64,000 bases of DNA, taken from the IMG/VR virus record IMGVR_UViG_3300049491_000674; one strand, given 5' to 3'. The notes under the pieces were generated by a model, which worked only from the letters and a program-made list of their open reading frames with translations, was not told where the DNA came from and ran no database searches. This document shows, one piece after another, positions 28,609 through 39,463 of this stretch. The DNA comes from an uncultured virus (IMG/VR IMGVR_UViG_3300049491_000674) (taxonomy: Duplodnaviria; Heunggongvirae; Uroviricota; Caudoviricetes). The translations under genes and the position numbers were made by a program. The stretch's first letter is position 1. Every line of letters starts with the position of its first letter.

Positions 28609-29692
28609 CTTGCCCACGTTCTTTGGGGGGTATGGAGAAGAGTTCGAACAGCCGCATCTGGTCAACGGGGGGTTTCTGAAGAGCCCCCACGAAGCAGCGT
28701 TCGAAGTTCAAATCCTCAGCGTGTTGCAGAAGAATGGTCCGAAGAGTTCCCATCTCGGCAGGAGTGAGGAATCCCACGGGGGTCTTCATACCCCAACCAA
28801 GATCCACCAGGTCGAGGACGAGATGGATCTCTTTGTCCGGTAGGGTTCGAGCCAAGGCGGCAGCGAATCCAGGTTCCTCTTGAAGCATTTCACGAAGAAC
28901 TTCGCTGAGCCCCAGGCCACTGAGAAGCTTGACGCTATTTCGAGGGTGCGGCCCCTCAAGGATGTCTTCCACGAGGATTTTCCGTATGGCATCCCATGGC
29001 ATCTCTTTCAGCTTGGGGGCGTTGGCCTGGATGCTGGCCTCCACCTCAGAGGAGATCTGGAATCCGTACTTCGAGACGAACTTCACAGCCCGAAGCATTC
29101 GGGTGGGGTCGTCGGAGAAGGTCTTGTCAGGGTTCGCGGGAGTTCGAAGAACTCGTGCTTCCAAGTCTCGTCGTCCTGAACCAAGGAGGTCGAGGATTGC
29201 AGCCTTGTGCGGCCCATGTTCGAGATCAGCAATCCGCCAAAGCAGGGTGTTGAAGGTGAACTCCCGTCGGACGAGGTCTTCCTGGATGGTAGCAGGGGCC
29301 ACCATGTGCGGCTTGTACCCCTTACCGTCAGCACCACCGTACGACTCCTTCCGAGCGTTGGCGAACTCGATCACTTCCCCCTTCATCTCGAAGCCCCCGA
29401 TTTCCCAAGGCTCGGAAATGGTCAGGATTGCTACCCCGTACTGATTGGTGGTGAGATTGGTACGAGCCTGAATGGCCTTGGCCACCTTGGTGGCGAACCA
29501 AGCAGAGTCCTTCCCTTCTCCCAGCGTCACGGAGTCGACCACGATGTCGATGTCCTTGATCAACTGCCCGAGAATGAAGTTACGAACCGCTCCGCCGACA
29601 ACGTAAACGTGTTCGGCCACCCCCAAGCTACGGGCGATTTCGGCAAGGAACTGCATGAGGGCGATGCTTCGCCCGTGGGCTTCTTGGGTCAT
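28481..29692 (-). CDS. CCA-adding enzyme / poly(A) polymerase family nucleotidyltransferase
   Basis: VVGGAVRN..KDIDIVV, EDLVRREFTFN, FSDDPTRMLRAVKF. Confidence 0.88.
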   Translation of the reverse strand: MTQEAHGRSIALMQFLAEIARSLGVAEHVYVVGGAVRNFILGQLIKDIDIVVDSVTLGEGKDSAWFATKVAKAIQARTNLTTNQYGVAILTISEPWEIGGFEMKGEVIEFANARKESYGGADGKGYKPHMVAPATIQEDLVRREFTFNTLLWRIADLEHGPHKAAILDLLGSGRRDLEARVLRTPANPDKTFSDDPTRMLRAVKFVSKYGFQISSEVEASIQANAPKLKEMPWDAIRKILVEDILEGPHPRNSVKLLSGLGLSEVLREMLQEEPGFAAALARTLPDKEIHLVLDLVDLGWGMKTPVGFLTPAEMGTLRTILLQHAEDLNFERCFVGALQKPPVDQMRLFELFSIPPKERGQVTQIARRLLLQTPLLALSPAHLEASVEQVLQGQSVGGAQKER

Positions 29693-29729
29693 GTTGGGCC
29701 TACTAGAGGTACACCATGACCCGATCAAA

Positions 29730-30807
29730 TCAGTCGAGGATGAAAATATCGTCACCAGGATGATACCGCTTCACTTCGGGGATCACCTTGGACTTCAACT
29801 CTGCTTCAGCCTCGTGTGCTGTCTCGAAAAACTTGGTCTCCGGACGGTCTTGTTTCAGGGAGTCGCCCGTCCAATCGTACACCCGCATCTCCCCGCGAGA
29901 ATTCGGGGCCAGGAACGTGATGTAAAAGGCTTCTTGGGGCTTGTCCGTTCGTCCTTATAGACGTAGGGATTCTTCCCTTTGCCCTTTGGGTCTTTGCGGA
30001 TTTTCTCTATCCCCTTCGCGAACAACTCAGCTTCTTTGGTGGTTAGGTCTTGAAGCTGTTTTTCCGTCAGATGCTTCAGGGCTTTGGCAGCCTCCGGAGA
30101 GAGAGATCCTTTTCGGTGACCCCTTTGCGGAATCTCGACGCTACCCGTTCCGCTGTGCAAGAGCCAGAGCACCCACAACCGCAACCGCAGTTCTTTGCTG
30201 TTTTCATAAGTGGGAAGTCTCCTTGGCCGCATTTGACCGCAAGACGAACGAACGCTCGGTACGCGGCCTTTTTACTGAGCGCCAAATCGAAAGGGAATGT
30301 CACGCTCAATTTCTCATCCCCTGCGTCACCTCCCCACAAGACCATTTCACCCACCCCCCATTCAAGCTGAGGGATGTTCTGATCGGCAGGGATCTCTATC
30401 CCCGCCTCGGAGTCCCCCGTGGGCTTCTTATATGACAAGGTGACGTGGGGCTTGTACTCAGGGTATTTCTTATCGTAGTTGACCCCTTCCGCATCAAAAG
30501 CTGCCGTCAGGGCATTCCGAAGGGCCAGAAGGGGGGCACTCTCAACACGGGCGATGATGGGGATCCCCGAGTCCTTGTTGACGGGGAAACTGGTCACCAG
30601 TTGGGTTTTGACGGTGAAGGGCTTGGTGTTGGATGTCACCTCGTAAGCCACCTCAATCGCTCGGGTGACGGCCTCAATCGGCAGCTCCTTCCCAAGATAG
30701 AGAATGGTGATGTGTGCCTCACCTGGTGGGACCTTCTCCCCCTCTACTTTCAGAGAGCTAAGAAGTCTTGCGATATCATGAGGTACTTTGACACCCAAAA
30801 AAGCCAT
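29730..30807 (-). CDS. 2H phosphoesterase (2'-5' RNA ligase family) with frameshifted C-terminal extension
   Basis: HITI and PHVTL motifs; coding continues in other frames near 30110 and 29950. Confidence 0.75.
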
Positions 30808-30808
30808 T

Positions 30809-31447
30809 TCACGATCCCATGTACTGTTTGAGGGTCTTGACCCGTTGTTCTGGAGACTTTGGTTTCCCCTGCAAGGCTTGTCGAATTCGCTCGCGGTGTT
30901 CAGATGATTTGGGTTTCCCCTTAAGTCTCTGTCCTACGGCCTCCCCAAATCCGTCTGGCATCTTAATACCCTTTCTGGACGCTGAAATCCTCTCCCGAGT
31001 CTCAACGGGGAGGACCCTCCCTTCCGCTCTCCACTGTGCCCATCTTTGGGTGGCGGCAGCACTAACTTTGGCTCGATGTTCGGCACTGATGGTCTTACCC
31101 TTATGGTAAGACCCGATCTTCAGCCGACTTGTGACACTTACCGCATGATGAAGACTACCGTGCCCCCCATCTGAGGCATTGGTAAGAGGACAGCCCCTAG
31201 AACGAAAGAAGGCGATCCAGTACCGTTCGGCTTCTTCCCAAAAATCGATGGGGACTCTCTGAATTAGTTCTACTCTAGGAATAAGCCCGAGTTGAACCAG
31301 AGATGCAATCCAGTTGGCCTTGTGGCTCGATTTTTTCTCAGACTTGTGACGTTGAAGACGCTCTAGCAACGATTTGGTAGTCCACCCAACGTAGCGAATT
31401 TCCTCCGTACGTGGATCTATCAAAATGTACATGGAGCCGAACGCCAT
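30809..31447 (-). CDS. GIY-YIG homing endonuclease with NUMOD3 repeats
   Basis: MYILIDPRTEEIRYVGWT..ERLQRH; GKxKSxEHRxxI repeats. Confidence 0.8.
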   Translation of the reverse strand: MAFGSMYILIDPRTEEIRYVGWTTKSLLERLQRHKSEKKSSHKANWIASLVQLGLIPRVELIQRVPIDFWEEAERYWIAFFRSRGCPLTNASDGGHGSLHHAVSVTSRLKIGSYHKGKTISAEHRAKVSAAATQRWAQWRAEGRVLPVETRERISASRKGIKMPDGFGEAVGQRLKGKPKSSEHRERIRQALQGKPKSPEQRVKTLKQYMGS

Positions 31448-31481
31448 ACCTTACCTTTTCTACCGATGAAATCGTACGTGC

Positions 31482-32291
31482 ATGGCCCTCTCGCTGCCCC
31501 CAGACCATGGTCCCGCTCGGGATGAGGCGATTTTGGCCTATATCCAGGCCAAAGAATACACCGCAGAGCTAAGTCCTGTCACCTCTAGTTACAACGGGCA
31601 TTCAGCAACGTTCTGGGTGTTTCAAGATGCTCTGAAGATCGAGGGTGTACGCGTCAATGTCTCGGCTCGGCTTCAACAAACGATCGCGGACATGCTCGGT
31701 TGTTCATTGATGACCGCTAAAATCGCTGATCTTGCTTGGATGCAAAGGGGGTGTACGATAACGCCCTGTACCAAACAAATCACATCGGCCACGTCTGCCA
31801 TGATCGACAACTCTGGTCGAATTGACGCAGCCATCAGCCGGTTGGCGGCACCTCCGGTTGGGATCATCCAAACGGTTGGAAAGCACTGGTTGATCGACAA
31901 CGATCTGGCTATCAAGTCTGGGAAAGCCGAAAACTACGGCTGGCACTTCGAAGGCTCAAATTTTCAGGGCCTCACAGGAGAAGTCAACGCGAGCCTACAG
32001 AAAGACTCGAAGGGGCAGTACGTTCGGCTCATTCAAGGTCGGGGTTGGGCGCACGACATCGATCACGTGGACTACAGCCAGATTTGCGTCCTCATGGCTC
32101 AATCGGTCGTCGTAGACGGGGCTGAGATGGAGTTGGCTGCCGTGTTGACCAACCCAGAGCTGGCTCCGTTGGGAAGTCACCAAGGGAAGATGTCGGTCCT
32201 ACGTCAGCCGGGCGTACCTCAGGCGCAACTTGTTGAAATGTTGCTCCCTCCCATCAACATCGTCGTTGAGAGCGACAGCTATCAGGTGTTA
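31482..32291 (+). CDS. hypothetical protein (TTA end)
   Basis: 269 codons; TTA 2 nt before next GTG. Confidence 0.75.
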
Positions 32292-32293
32292 CC

Positions 32294-32542
32294 GTGGAGA
32301 AAGAATTCCTTCGGCTTTTGGAAGCGGTTCGGGCAATCAGTCCTGAAGCCTCGGTCGAGTTCTTTCAGGGACCTGAGACTCATGAGTGGCTGATTAAGGT
32401 TGCCGTTCGAGATGTCATTCTCGTAAAGACAGATGTGGGGCCTTTGGGCAAAGTGACGCACGAAGCGGCCAAGAAGATCGAAGGGATGTCTCAGCGCATT
32501 CTCATGGCCGTTCGGCCAACGGATCCACCACCTTCCCGCTTA
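32294..32542 (+). CDS. hypothetical protein (TTA end)
   Basis: TTA precedes next GGTGTA motif. Confidence 0.6.
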
Positions 32543-32574
32543 CAAGTCCTACCTAGCTGGTGTATGTTGTGTCG

Positions 32575-33153
32575 GTGGTAGACTTCATCCTTGAGTACAA
32601 AACGGCTTTGTTCTTTCTGTGTGTCATCCTTGGGGGCATAGCAATCTGTTGGATACTCTACACGGCAGTGGTGCACTACGCGTCAGATCACGACGCTCAT
32701 ATCCGAGATCGTGTTCGGGAAGTTCTTCAAGAAGAGTCTTCCCTCCGAGCCCTTCTAGAAAGTTCAGCCCAGATAGCTTGGGCAGCAGAGTCCCAAAGGG
32801 TCTCGGACGAGATTGAAGGACTAGAAGTTCGTTACTTGGATCGGCGGAGAGAACAAGAACGGGCACTCGCCTCACAGTATGCTGAGCATCAGCGAGCCCT
32901 AAGTAAGACCACAGAAGAACACAGAGCACTTATTTCGGCTGAGCTGAAAGAGCTGGTCACTACAGCAAAAACCTCAGGCGTGCCTATTCAGGTCATCGTC
33001 ACATCGAAGAAGGAGGCTGACTTGCTTCGTGAGGTGATGGGCCCTTTGACGATCAAGGTATCCAAGAAAGTACCTAAACAGCCAGACGTTGGGCCTGTAG
33101 CTGGGGCTACAGCACTAGAAAGATTGGCAGAAGATGACATCGAAATCGGATGA
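32575..33153 (+). CDS. membrane-anchored coiled-coil protein with C-terminal TALERLAEDD motif
   Basis: Hydrophobic N-terminal helix; start uncertain. Confidence 0.65.
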   Translation: MVDFILEYKTALFFLCVILGGIAICWILYTAVVHYASDHDAHIRDRVREVLQEESSLRALLESSAQIAWAAESQRVSDEIEGLEVRYLDRRREQERALASQYAEHQRALSKTTEEHRALISAELKELVTTAKTSGVPIQVIVTSKKEADLLREVMGPLTIKVSKKVPKQPDVGPVAGATALERLAEDDIEIG

Positions 33154-33619
33154 TGAACTCAAAGCCTCGTGGGAAATCCTACGCGGACCTCTCCCTGAGT
33201 TGGCTGATCCTGCTACCTTGTTCCCTGACAGGAATGCTGGAGACTTTGTCCTTGGTACCCACACAGGAAGGATCATTCTACGGATCACCAAAGAGGGTAA
33301 AGTCCAGCTCGGGCCGGGGGTAGACCTTGATGAAGCTTCCGAACTGTTTTGGACTAACCTCGCGCTAAAGCGAGTGGGGATGGAAGAGCGGCTCCTACAT
33401 CTTGGTCTCTTGGAGCAAGTCCTCATCCAAGCGGGTACCGCAGACCTAGCGTATGAGACAGCTCAGGTGCGGGCTCACTCACCGGGGGCAACGGAACATG
33501 ACCGTCTCATGGAGGAGTTGGCGCAACGCAGTCTTGAAATAGTCGTACACAACCTCGTGGAGTTTGCTCGTGGTTTGGTTCAACGGCCAGCTCCAAGTCG
33601 TTCTGAAGAAGACGTCTGA
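33134..33619 (+). CDS. hypothetical protein
   Basis: ORF. Confidence 0.7.
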   Translation: MTSKSDDELKASWEILRGPLPELADPATLFPDRNAGDFVLGTHTGRIILRITKEGKVQLGPGVDLDEASELFWTNLALKRVGMEERLLHLGLLEQVLIQAGTADLAYETAQVRAHSPGATEHDRLMEELAQRSLEIVVHNLVEFARGLVQRPAPSRSEEDV

Positions 33620-33628
33620 AGTACTTGG

Positions 33629-34234
33629 TCATGGTTTTTTCTTGGTGCCTAGCTCATAGAACTGAGTTATCCACGGATCAATCTCGTAGAACATACCCCA
33701 AGTGCAGATATCCAAGACCAGCACGTCTTTCCACTGATCTGCCTTGTCCATTCCAAACCAAATGCGTCGTCGCTCCCGCCACTGTTTTTGGGAGATGTTT
33801 TCTGGCCGATCGGTCTGGTTCTGGTAGTGGTAGTCTCGAAGCCGCGGGTCACTCGCTAGGAAGTCCAAGACTCCAGGCATGGACCAGTTGTCACTGTATG
33901 GGATGATGTAGATCCCACCTTCGAACTGACGGAAGCCAACACGCACGTCAAAGTTGTACAGACTTCGTTCCGGAGACGTGCTGTTGGCCTTGTACTCTCG
34001 ATGTATGACTCGACGAGCTGTGTTGTGAAGAGCACTTTGCATGCTCCTGCCTTTTTCCGCACACATCTTCTCGTAGTACGCTCGGTCTTCGTCCTCTATG
34101 GGGACAAATTTAGCGTACGTCTGTCGAAGAACGTTCTGCACGTTCACCGTAGCTTGAAGGCGAATGTCGTGCACCACAGGCCATAGCTGAGAGGCCCGTT
34201 TGAGTTTGTACGCCGTCCAGATTTTGGTGCTCAT
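33629..34234 (-). CDS. hypothetical protein (MSTKI..DYHYQNQTDRPE..W..R..W)
   Basis: ORF, ATGA coupling. Confidence 0.75.
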   Translation of the reverse strand: MSTKIWTAYKLKRASQLWPVVHDIRLQATVNVQNVLRQTYAKFVPIEDEDRAYYEKMCAEKGRSMQSALHNTARRVIHREYKANSTSPERSLYNFDVRVGFRQFEGGIYIIPYSDNWSMPGVLDFLASDPRLRDYHYQNQTDRPENISQKQWRERRRIWFGMDKADQWKDVLVLDICTWGMFYEIDPWITQFYELGTKKKP

Positions 34235-34401
34235 TTGTCTTCCGGCCTAAGATGGCCCTCGTCAACGAGGCGTTCCCAAAATGTTATCTTGTGGGGGGTA
34301 AGTCGAAGGCGATGAACTATCGTGTGGTTCATCGCTGCTCCCGATACGCGAACCTCTTCTTCAGGTACGCGAACCTCTTCTTCAGATTTGGTGACCGGCA
34401 T
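34231..34401 (-). CDS. small protein with TFWERLVDE motif and 21-nt tandem duplication (34345-34385)
   Basis: GGTGTA motif; EEEVRV twice. Confidence 0.55.
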   Translation of the reverse strand: MPVTKSEEEVRVPEEEVRVSGAAMNHTIVHRLRLTPHKITFWERLVDEGHLRPEDK

Positions 34402-34510
34402 TTTTCCAGGTATACACCGGCCATTCAAGATCCGAATCTTGATTTTTTGATCCAAGCTCCTGAGCGTCTAGTACCCGGGATACCGTTTTTCCCTGGTGTA
34501 TGGAGCCCAC

Positions 34511-35983
34511 ATGCCCGCGTCCCATTGGTTCGAGGTCTCGAAAGATGGCCTCGCAAAGATCATGTCTCGGAAGTCACCTGCATTCGCCTTGTTTGAGCTG
34601 GTGCAGAATGCTTGGGACACTTCCGCCACGGAGGTGAACATCAAGATCGAGGCCGTGAGGGGGCAGGCTCTGGTCAGCCTCTACATCGAGGACGATGACC
34701 CGACGGGATTCTCGGACCTCGCTCACGCATTCACGCTCTTCGCCGAGTCCAAGAAGAAGGGGGACCCCACGACACGGGGCCGATTCAACCTGGGAGAGAA
34801 GCTGGTTCTGGCCATGTGCCAGTCGGCGGAGATCACCTCCACGACTGGACGTGTCACGTTCGACGCAAATGGTCGACACCAAAGTCGAATCAAACGCGAA
34901 GGATCGTCCTTCCACGGGTATCTTCGGATGACCCGAGAGCAGGTGGGGGAGATGCTCCATGCTGCCAGCCTGCTACTCCCGCCGATCCCTACAACCTTGA
35001 ATGGGATTCGGCTCACCAACGCAGCTCCCATCAAGACTTTCGAGGTGACGTTGCCAACGGAGATGTCAGATGCGGAGGGGTTCATCCGTCGTACGGCTAG
35101 GAAAACCAAGGTACGTGTCTACGCCTGTTCATCTGGGCAACCGTCTCGGATCTACGAGATGGGTATCCCGGTCGTGGAGACGGATGACCCATGGTCAGTC
35201 GAAGTTATGCAGAAGATTCCCATCAACATGGATCGGGACAACGTGCCCCCCGCCTACCTGAGGGAACTACGTGTGGCTGTGGTTAACGCCATGAAGGATC
35301 AGATCACAAAAGACAACGCAGCAACGACCATGGTCCAGGAAGCTCTTGGGGATTCTCGGATCGATCCTCAGGCAGTGGCGCACATCCTTGACCATCAGTT
35401 CGGGTCGAAACGAGCGGTATTTGACCCGCGAGATCAAGAGGCAAACGCGGCTGCTGTTGCCCATGGGTACACGGTCATTCCCGGTTCTGCGTACAGCAAA
35501 AGCCAATGGTCGAACATCCGTTCCGCAGAAGCATTGGTTTCCAGCGGTAAGCTCTTCCCCACACCCAAGCCGTATTCAGACGACCCTAACGCAAGGCTCG
35601 CCAAAGTCATCCCCGAAGAGAAATGGACCCCTGGGATGCGAGAGACTGCCGAGTATGCCCGAGACCTCGCTTGGAGGCTCATCAGCAAGGACATCCGTAT
35701 TGTCATGGAGGTCGAACCCATGGCTAGCTATGGGGCTAACTACGGGCACCAAACGCTTACCTTCAATGTCGGTCGTCTTGGGCGTGACTGGTTCAACCAC
35801 GGCGTCACCCTAGACGTGAATGACTTGATCCTTCACGAGCTGGGTCACGAATTCGAATCGAACCACTTGAGTGCTGGCTACCACAAGGCTCTCACAAGGT
35901 TGGGGGCGAAGTTGGCTCAACTTGTCCTTTCGGAACCAACTTTTTTCACTGACCGTGGGATGAAAAGCAACAAACTGACCTGA
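34511..35983 (+). CDS. GHKL (HATPase_c) ATPase with C-terminal HExxH
   Basis: ELVQNAWD, EDDDPTGF, RGRFNLGEK; LILHELGH. Confidence 0.8.
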   Translation: MPASHWFEVSKDGLAKIMSRKSPAFALFELVQNAWDTSATEVNIKIEAVRGQALVSLYIEDDDPTGFSDLAHAFTLFAESKKKGDPTTRGRFNLGEKLVLAMCQSAEITSTTGRVTFDANGRHQSRIKREGSSFHGYLRMTREQVGEMLHAASLLLPPIPTTLNGIRLTNAAPIKTFEVTLPTEMSDAEGFIRRTARKTKVRVYACSSGQPSRIYEMGIPVVETDDPWSVEVMQKIPINMDRDNVPPAYLRELRVAVVNAMKDQITKDNAATTMVQEALGDSRIDPQAVAHILDHQFGSKRAVFDPRDQEANAAAVAHGYTVIPGSAYSKSQWSNIRSAEALVSSGKLFPTPKPYSDDPNARLAKVIPEEKWTPGMRETAEYARDLAWRLISKDIRIVMEVEPMASYGANYGHQTLTFNVGRLGRDWFNHGVTLDVNDLILHELGHEFESNHLSAGYHKALTRLGAKLAQLVLSEPTFFTDRGMKSNKLT

Positions 35984-36023
35984 TAGGTTAAGTCGACCCC
36001 CAAGAACGGTGTATAGGGACAAC

Positions 36024-37409
36024 ATGAAGATCGAACTCACCATCAAGACGGATTACATGCCCAACTGGGGTTCCTGGGAAGGGATCCGTGAGCTGATCCA
36101 GAATGGTCGAGATGCTGAAGTGGAGCAAGGTGCCCCGTTGTTGGTGAAGCATCGGCCGGAAACGAACACCTTGATCCTTGAGAATGAGGGGACAACTCTT
36201 TCTCATGAGGCGCTTCTTCTTGGGCACACGTCAAAGTTGGATCGACCTGACCTCATTGGGAAATTTGGGGAGGGGTTGAAGCTTGGGATTTTGGCTCTTG
36301 TCCGTAAGGGACACAAGATTCGCATCCGTTCTGGGTCGGAGGTCTGGGTTCCGAGCATTCAAAAAAGCGGCCGATTCAACGCGGATGTCCTTGTTTTCGA
36401 CATTCAGAAAGGGCGAAAAAACGAACCTCGTGTTGCTGTCGAGGTCTCAGGAGTCTCTACTGAGGAGTGGGCCAAGCTGAAGTCCCTTTTTCTTTTTCTG
36501 CCCGGTTCTATCAAGCCGGAGGAACAGATCACCACGATCACAGTGGGTTCCTTGTTGGTGGGTGAGCGCTTCAAGGGGAAGATCTACGTAAAGGGGATCT
36601 ACGTCTCCGAAGATTCCAAGCTCTCGTATGGGTACGATTTTCGTGAAGCGGATATCGATCGCGATCGTCGAATGATCTCGTCTTTTGAGCTTGAGTACCA
36701 GACCCAACGGATCTGGCGTGAAGCTCTCAACCAGCACCCAGAAATGGTCCACGCCTTTGGAGCGCTTCTCAACCAAGAAGCGGCTGATGTTGAAGGGGTG
36801 AGTAGCTACAACGTGGATCAGATCCCCGAGGCAGCCCGCACAGCCTTGGTGAGTGCTTTCCGCACCGAGCATGGTGAGGGGGCTCTGCCTGTCTCCAATA
36901 CCACTGAGGCCACCGAGATTGAGCACATGGGAGGCACAGGCGTTGTTGCTCCTCGTGCACTTCGTCTCGTCTTGGAGCAAGAGCTGGGTAATGTAAGTGA
37001 GAACCGATTCAGGCTACGTCAAGAGGTCACCCGGAAGTACGGGTTTGATGATCTGACGCACACCGAGAAGTCGAACGTTCTTCATGGGATCGCCTACATC
37101 AATGGAGTCGAACCTCTCTCTTGGGGCGATATCGAGGTGGTCGATTTCCGAGACAAGAGCCTTTGTGGTATGTTCAAGGACGATCGGATTCTGCTGGCCA
37201 AGAAAATCTTGGTCGACCGAGCCCTTACGATGAAGACCCAAATCCACGAAGTCGCGTATCGCGTAGGCTTCGGCGGGGAGAAGTCTCACGGGGCAAACGT
37301 GGAGCGTATCTGGTCTGGGATTGCGACGAGCATGGAGTCGACCATCGAGCGCCTAGAGGCTCCCCCGGCCCTACGAAGGCTTACCTCGGGGTTGGATCTC
37401 GGTTTTTGA
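36024..37409 (+). CDS. GHKL (HATPase_c) ATPase with degenerate HExxH
   Basis: RELIQNGRD, LLGHTSK, IGKFGEGLKLG; IHEVAY. Confidence 0.8.
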   Translation: MKIELTIKTDYMPNWGSWEGIRELIQNGRDAEVEQGAPLLVKHRPETNTLILENEGTTLSHEALLLGHTSKLDRPDLIGKFGEGLKLGILALVRKGHKIRIRSGSEVWVPSIQKSGRFNADVLVFDIQKGRKNEPRVAVEVSGVSTEEWAKLKSLFLFLPGSIKPEEQITTITVGSLLVGERFKGKIYVKGIYVSEDSKLSYGYDFREADIDRDRRMISSFELEYQTQRIWREALNQHPEMVHAFGALLNQEAADVEGVSSYNVDQIPEAARTALVSAFRTEHGEGALPVSNTTEATEIEHMGGTGVVAPRALRLVLEQELGNVSENRFRLRQEVTRKYGFDDLTHTEKSNVLHGIAYINGVEPLSWGDIEVVDFRDKSLCGMFKDDRILLAKKILVDRALTMKTQIHEVAYRVGFGGEKSHGANVERIWSGIATSMESTIERLEAPPALRRLTSGLDLGF

Positions 37410-37437
37410 TCAGATCCAGTTCCCGCTTAGTAGGTGC

Positions 37438-37614
37438 ATGCCGACGTCTGAACTCTTCGAACTCGTGTCTCTACAGGACGATGAGTTTGTCTCATTCTCT
37501 CCCCAGGACAACCTCGCGGTTACCAAAAAGGGCGATTGGTACCTCCGAAGCCAAGAGGGGCACGTTTTCTACGACAACAAGTGGGAACCCAAGTACATTT
37601 GGTGTCGGGCTTAG
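37438..37614 (+). CDS. small hypothetical protein
   Basis: ATG 6 nt after class I promoter variant. Confidence 0.55.
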   Translation: MPTSELFELVSLQDDEFVSFSPQDNLAVTKKGDWYLRSQEGHVFYDNKWEPKYIWCRA

Positions 37615-37634
37615 TCTCGACGGAAAGAATTACG

Positions 37635-37841
37635 ATGTCAAAGCAACTCTCAGGGGACGAGCATATGGGGAAGTTCGTCTACTGTGCCCAACACATGGCT
37701 CCTCACTCAACAGGTTGGTGTACTGTTTCCGTCGAGCAAAAAGTGTCCCTCACTGCTACCGACCTCGATACTGCCCAGATCGAGTGTCGAGCCAAAAACC
37801 TACCCCTTCACGCGGATCTCACGAAAGCCACCAAGACATGA
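37635..37841 (+). CDS. hypothetical protein (YCAQHMAPHSTGWCTV)
   Basis: ORF, ATGA coupling. Confidence 0.6.
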   Translation: MSKQLSGDEHMGKFVYCAQHMAPHSTGWCTVSVEQKVSLTATDLDTAQIECRAKNLPLHADLTKATKT

Positions 37842-38147
37842 AGTACTTTGGTCTACACACCCATCGATTCAAGGACAACCCTGAGGAGAAGCGTTTCGCT
37901 AAAGCGTGGAGCAAGCAAAACGAGGAGGGGAAGACCCTCGCCTATTCCCTCGATCCTGATGGCGGTGGGCGGGGACAGCCGGTCAAACGGTCGACGTGGG
38001 AGCACACAGTGGCCGCGACCGTCATTGTGGCTCGGATCTTCCGTGGGTCAGTTTTTCCTCCATGAACTCGGATACGAACGAGCGGACAACTTGTCGGAAG
38101 AGTTCATGGAAAAGCTCATCGAGATGGGTTGGAGACGCCCCAAGTGA
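37838..38147 (+). CDS. hypothetical protein, frameshifted near 38025
   Basis: VAATVI then WLGSSVGQFFL in another frame. Confidence 0.6.
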
Positions 38148-38662
38148 AAAAGGTGGTGGGTATCGGGGTGGAGACAACCGACCTGAGAAGCATCACCCGA
38201 GGCAGCGGTAAGATCCGAACCACTGTCAAGTTCTACGGGGACGACGGGTGGCCAAAAGACACTTGGCTTGTTCTCGGGGAGTGTCACATTCGTCCTGTCC
38301 GAGATCACTTTGATGGTCGTTGGACGCTGTCTGCGTACCTTCCCGATGGTGTGACGGACTTCGAGCACGACTCTGCTTACGCCATCAAACTCCCGTTGAC
38401 GGGGCTCACCTTTGAGAACGTCGCATACGGGGACACTACGCTCTTTGCGTGGGTTACCGTGTACGAGCCCGAGGACTTTCGTGTGCCTGACCCTGGGTAC
38501 AATCCTATGCAGCACCCTGAAGCTCAACGCTGCGTGTCTTGTAAAAGGGACAATCATCTGATCGTCCCGGAAGGGTTTTTCCTCCCACCCGCTAATCTGA
38601 CTCTGTTCGAGAAGGTTCGAGGTCGAAGAATCCAAATCACGATCGGGCCTAACCAAGACTAG
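38144..38662 (+). CDS. hypothetical protein
   Basis: GTGA coupling. Confidence 0.65.
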   Translation: MKKVVGIGVETTDLRSITRGSGKIRTTVKFYGDDGWPKDTWLVLGECHIRPVRDHFDGRWTLSAYLPDGVTDFEHDSAYAIKLPLTGLTFENVAYGDTTLFAWVTVYEPEDFRVPDPGYNPMQHPEAQRCVSCKRDNHLIVPEGFFLPPANLTLFEKVRGRRIQITIGPNQD

Positions 38663-38701
38663 TTCACCTATGGGGAAGCCTTCTTGGATGGAGGCTTCCC
38701 C

Positions 38702-39445
38702 ATGCTCATCACGATCCTGAATAAATCCAAGGTCATCACCAATGCAGAAGCTCAGTTGATGACGAGTGCATGCAGTACTCAGCTTACTCGTGATGTGGCT
38801 CCAGCCTGGGGCATGTTGCCGATGGAGGTACGATTCATCGACAAGGGGGTGGCTCCCGTGGGCTCAATCCCCATCGTACTTTTTGATGATGCTGATCAGG
38901 CAGGAGCTTTGGGGTACCACTCAGACGGCCCAAACGGGCTTCCTTACGGTCGTGTATTTACGAAGCCTACGATGGAGTCTGGGGCAAAGACGGTCACTGG
39001 ACCCGGTTCGGTTGCCTCTGTTCTCTCCCACGAGGTCATTGAGCTGTTCCTCGACCCAGAGTGCAATCGATGGGCAGATGGCCTAGATGGGCGTTCTTAC
39101 GCCTTCGAGGGATGCGATCCAGTAGAAGCTGACTACTACGACGTCTTGGTGGGCTCCACCAAGGTCTGCGTGTCCAACTTCGTACTCCCAGCGTGGTTTG
39201 ACCAGAATCCCCCTAAGGGGGCTAAGTTCGACTTCCTCGGGAAGCTGAAGAAACCATTTACGATGACGGCTGGGGGGTACGTGGTGACCCGAACGTTCGG
39301 TAAAGAGAAGAGCACCTTCGCACGGCTCCAACTCCAGTTCGGGAAAAAGTACCCTGAATGGAAGAAGGCTGGGAAGGCTGCTGCGGCAGCCCGGACGGCT
39401 AAACGCGACCAACGAACGAAGAAATGGGCTGCCACCAAGGAGTGA
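38702..39445 (+). CDS. putative metallopeptidase-like protein
   Basis: GALGYH..SHEVIELFLDP..EGCDPVE..SNFVLPAWF. Confidence 0.6.
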   Translation: MLITILNKSKVITNAEAQLMTSACSTQLTRDVAPAWGMLPMEVRFIDKGVAPVGSIPIVLFDDADQAGALGYHSDGPNGLPYGRVFTKPTMESGAKTVTGPGSVASVLSHEVIELFLDPECNRWADGLDGRSYAFEGCDPVEADYYDVLVGSTKVCVSNFVLPAWFDQNPPKGAKFDFLGKLKKPFTMTAGGYVVTRTFGKEKSTFARLQLQFGKKYPEWKKAGKAAAAARTAKRDQRTKKWAATKE

Positions 39446-39463
39446 TCGGTGTAAGCGGTCCTG

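Noticed and set aside
34345..34385. 21-nt tandem duplication as a regulatory repeat
   Set aside because: In-frame coding duplication (EEEVRV twice) with only two copies.
37121..38065. 314-aa ORF-track protein
   Set aside because: Out-of-frame overlap with three real genes; only the part from 37838 is credible.
19443..38147. Programmed frameshifts at ~19690, ~19770, ~29950, ~30110 and ~38025
   Set aside because: No common slippery motif; sequencing indels or decay are more parsimonious.
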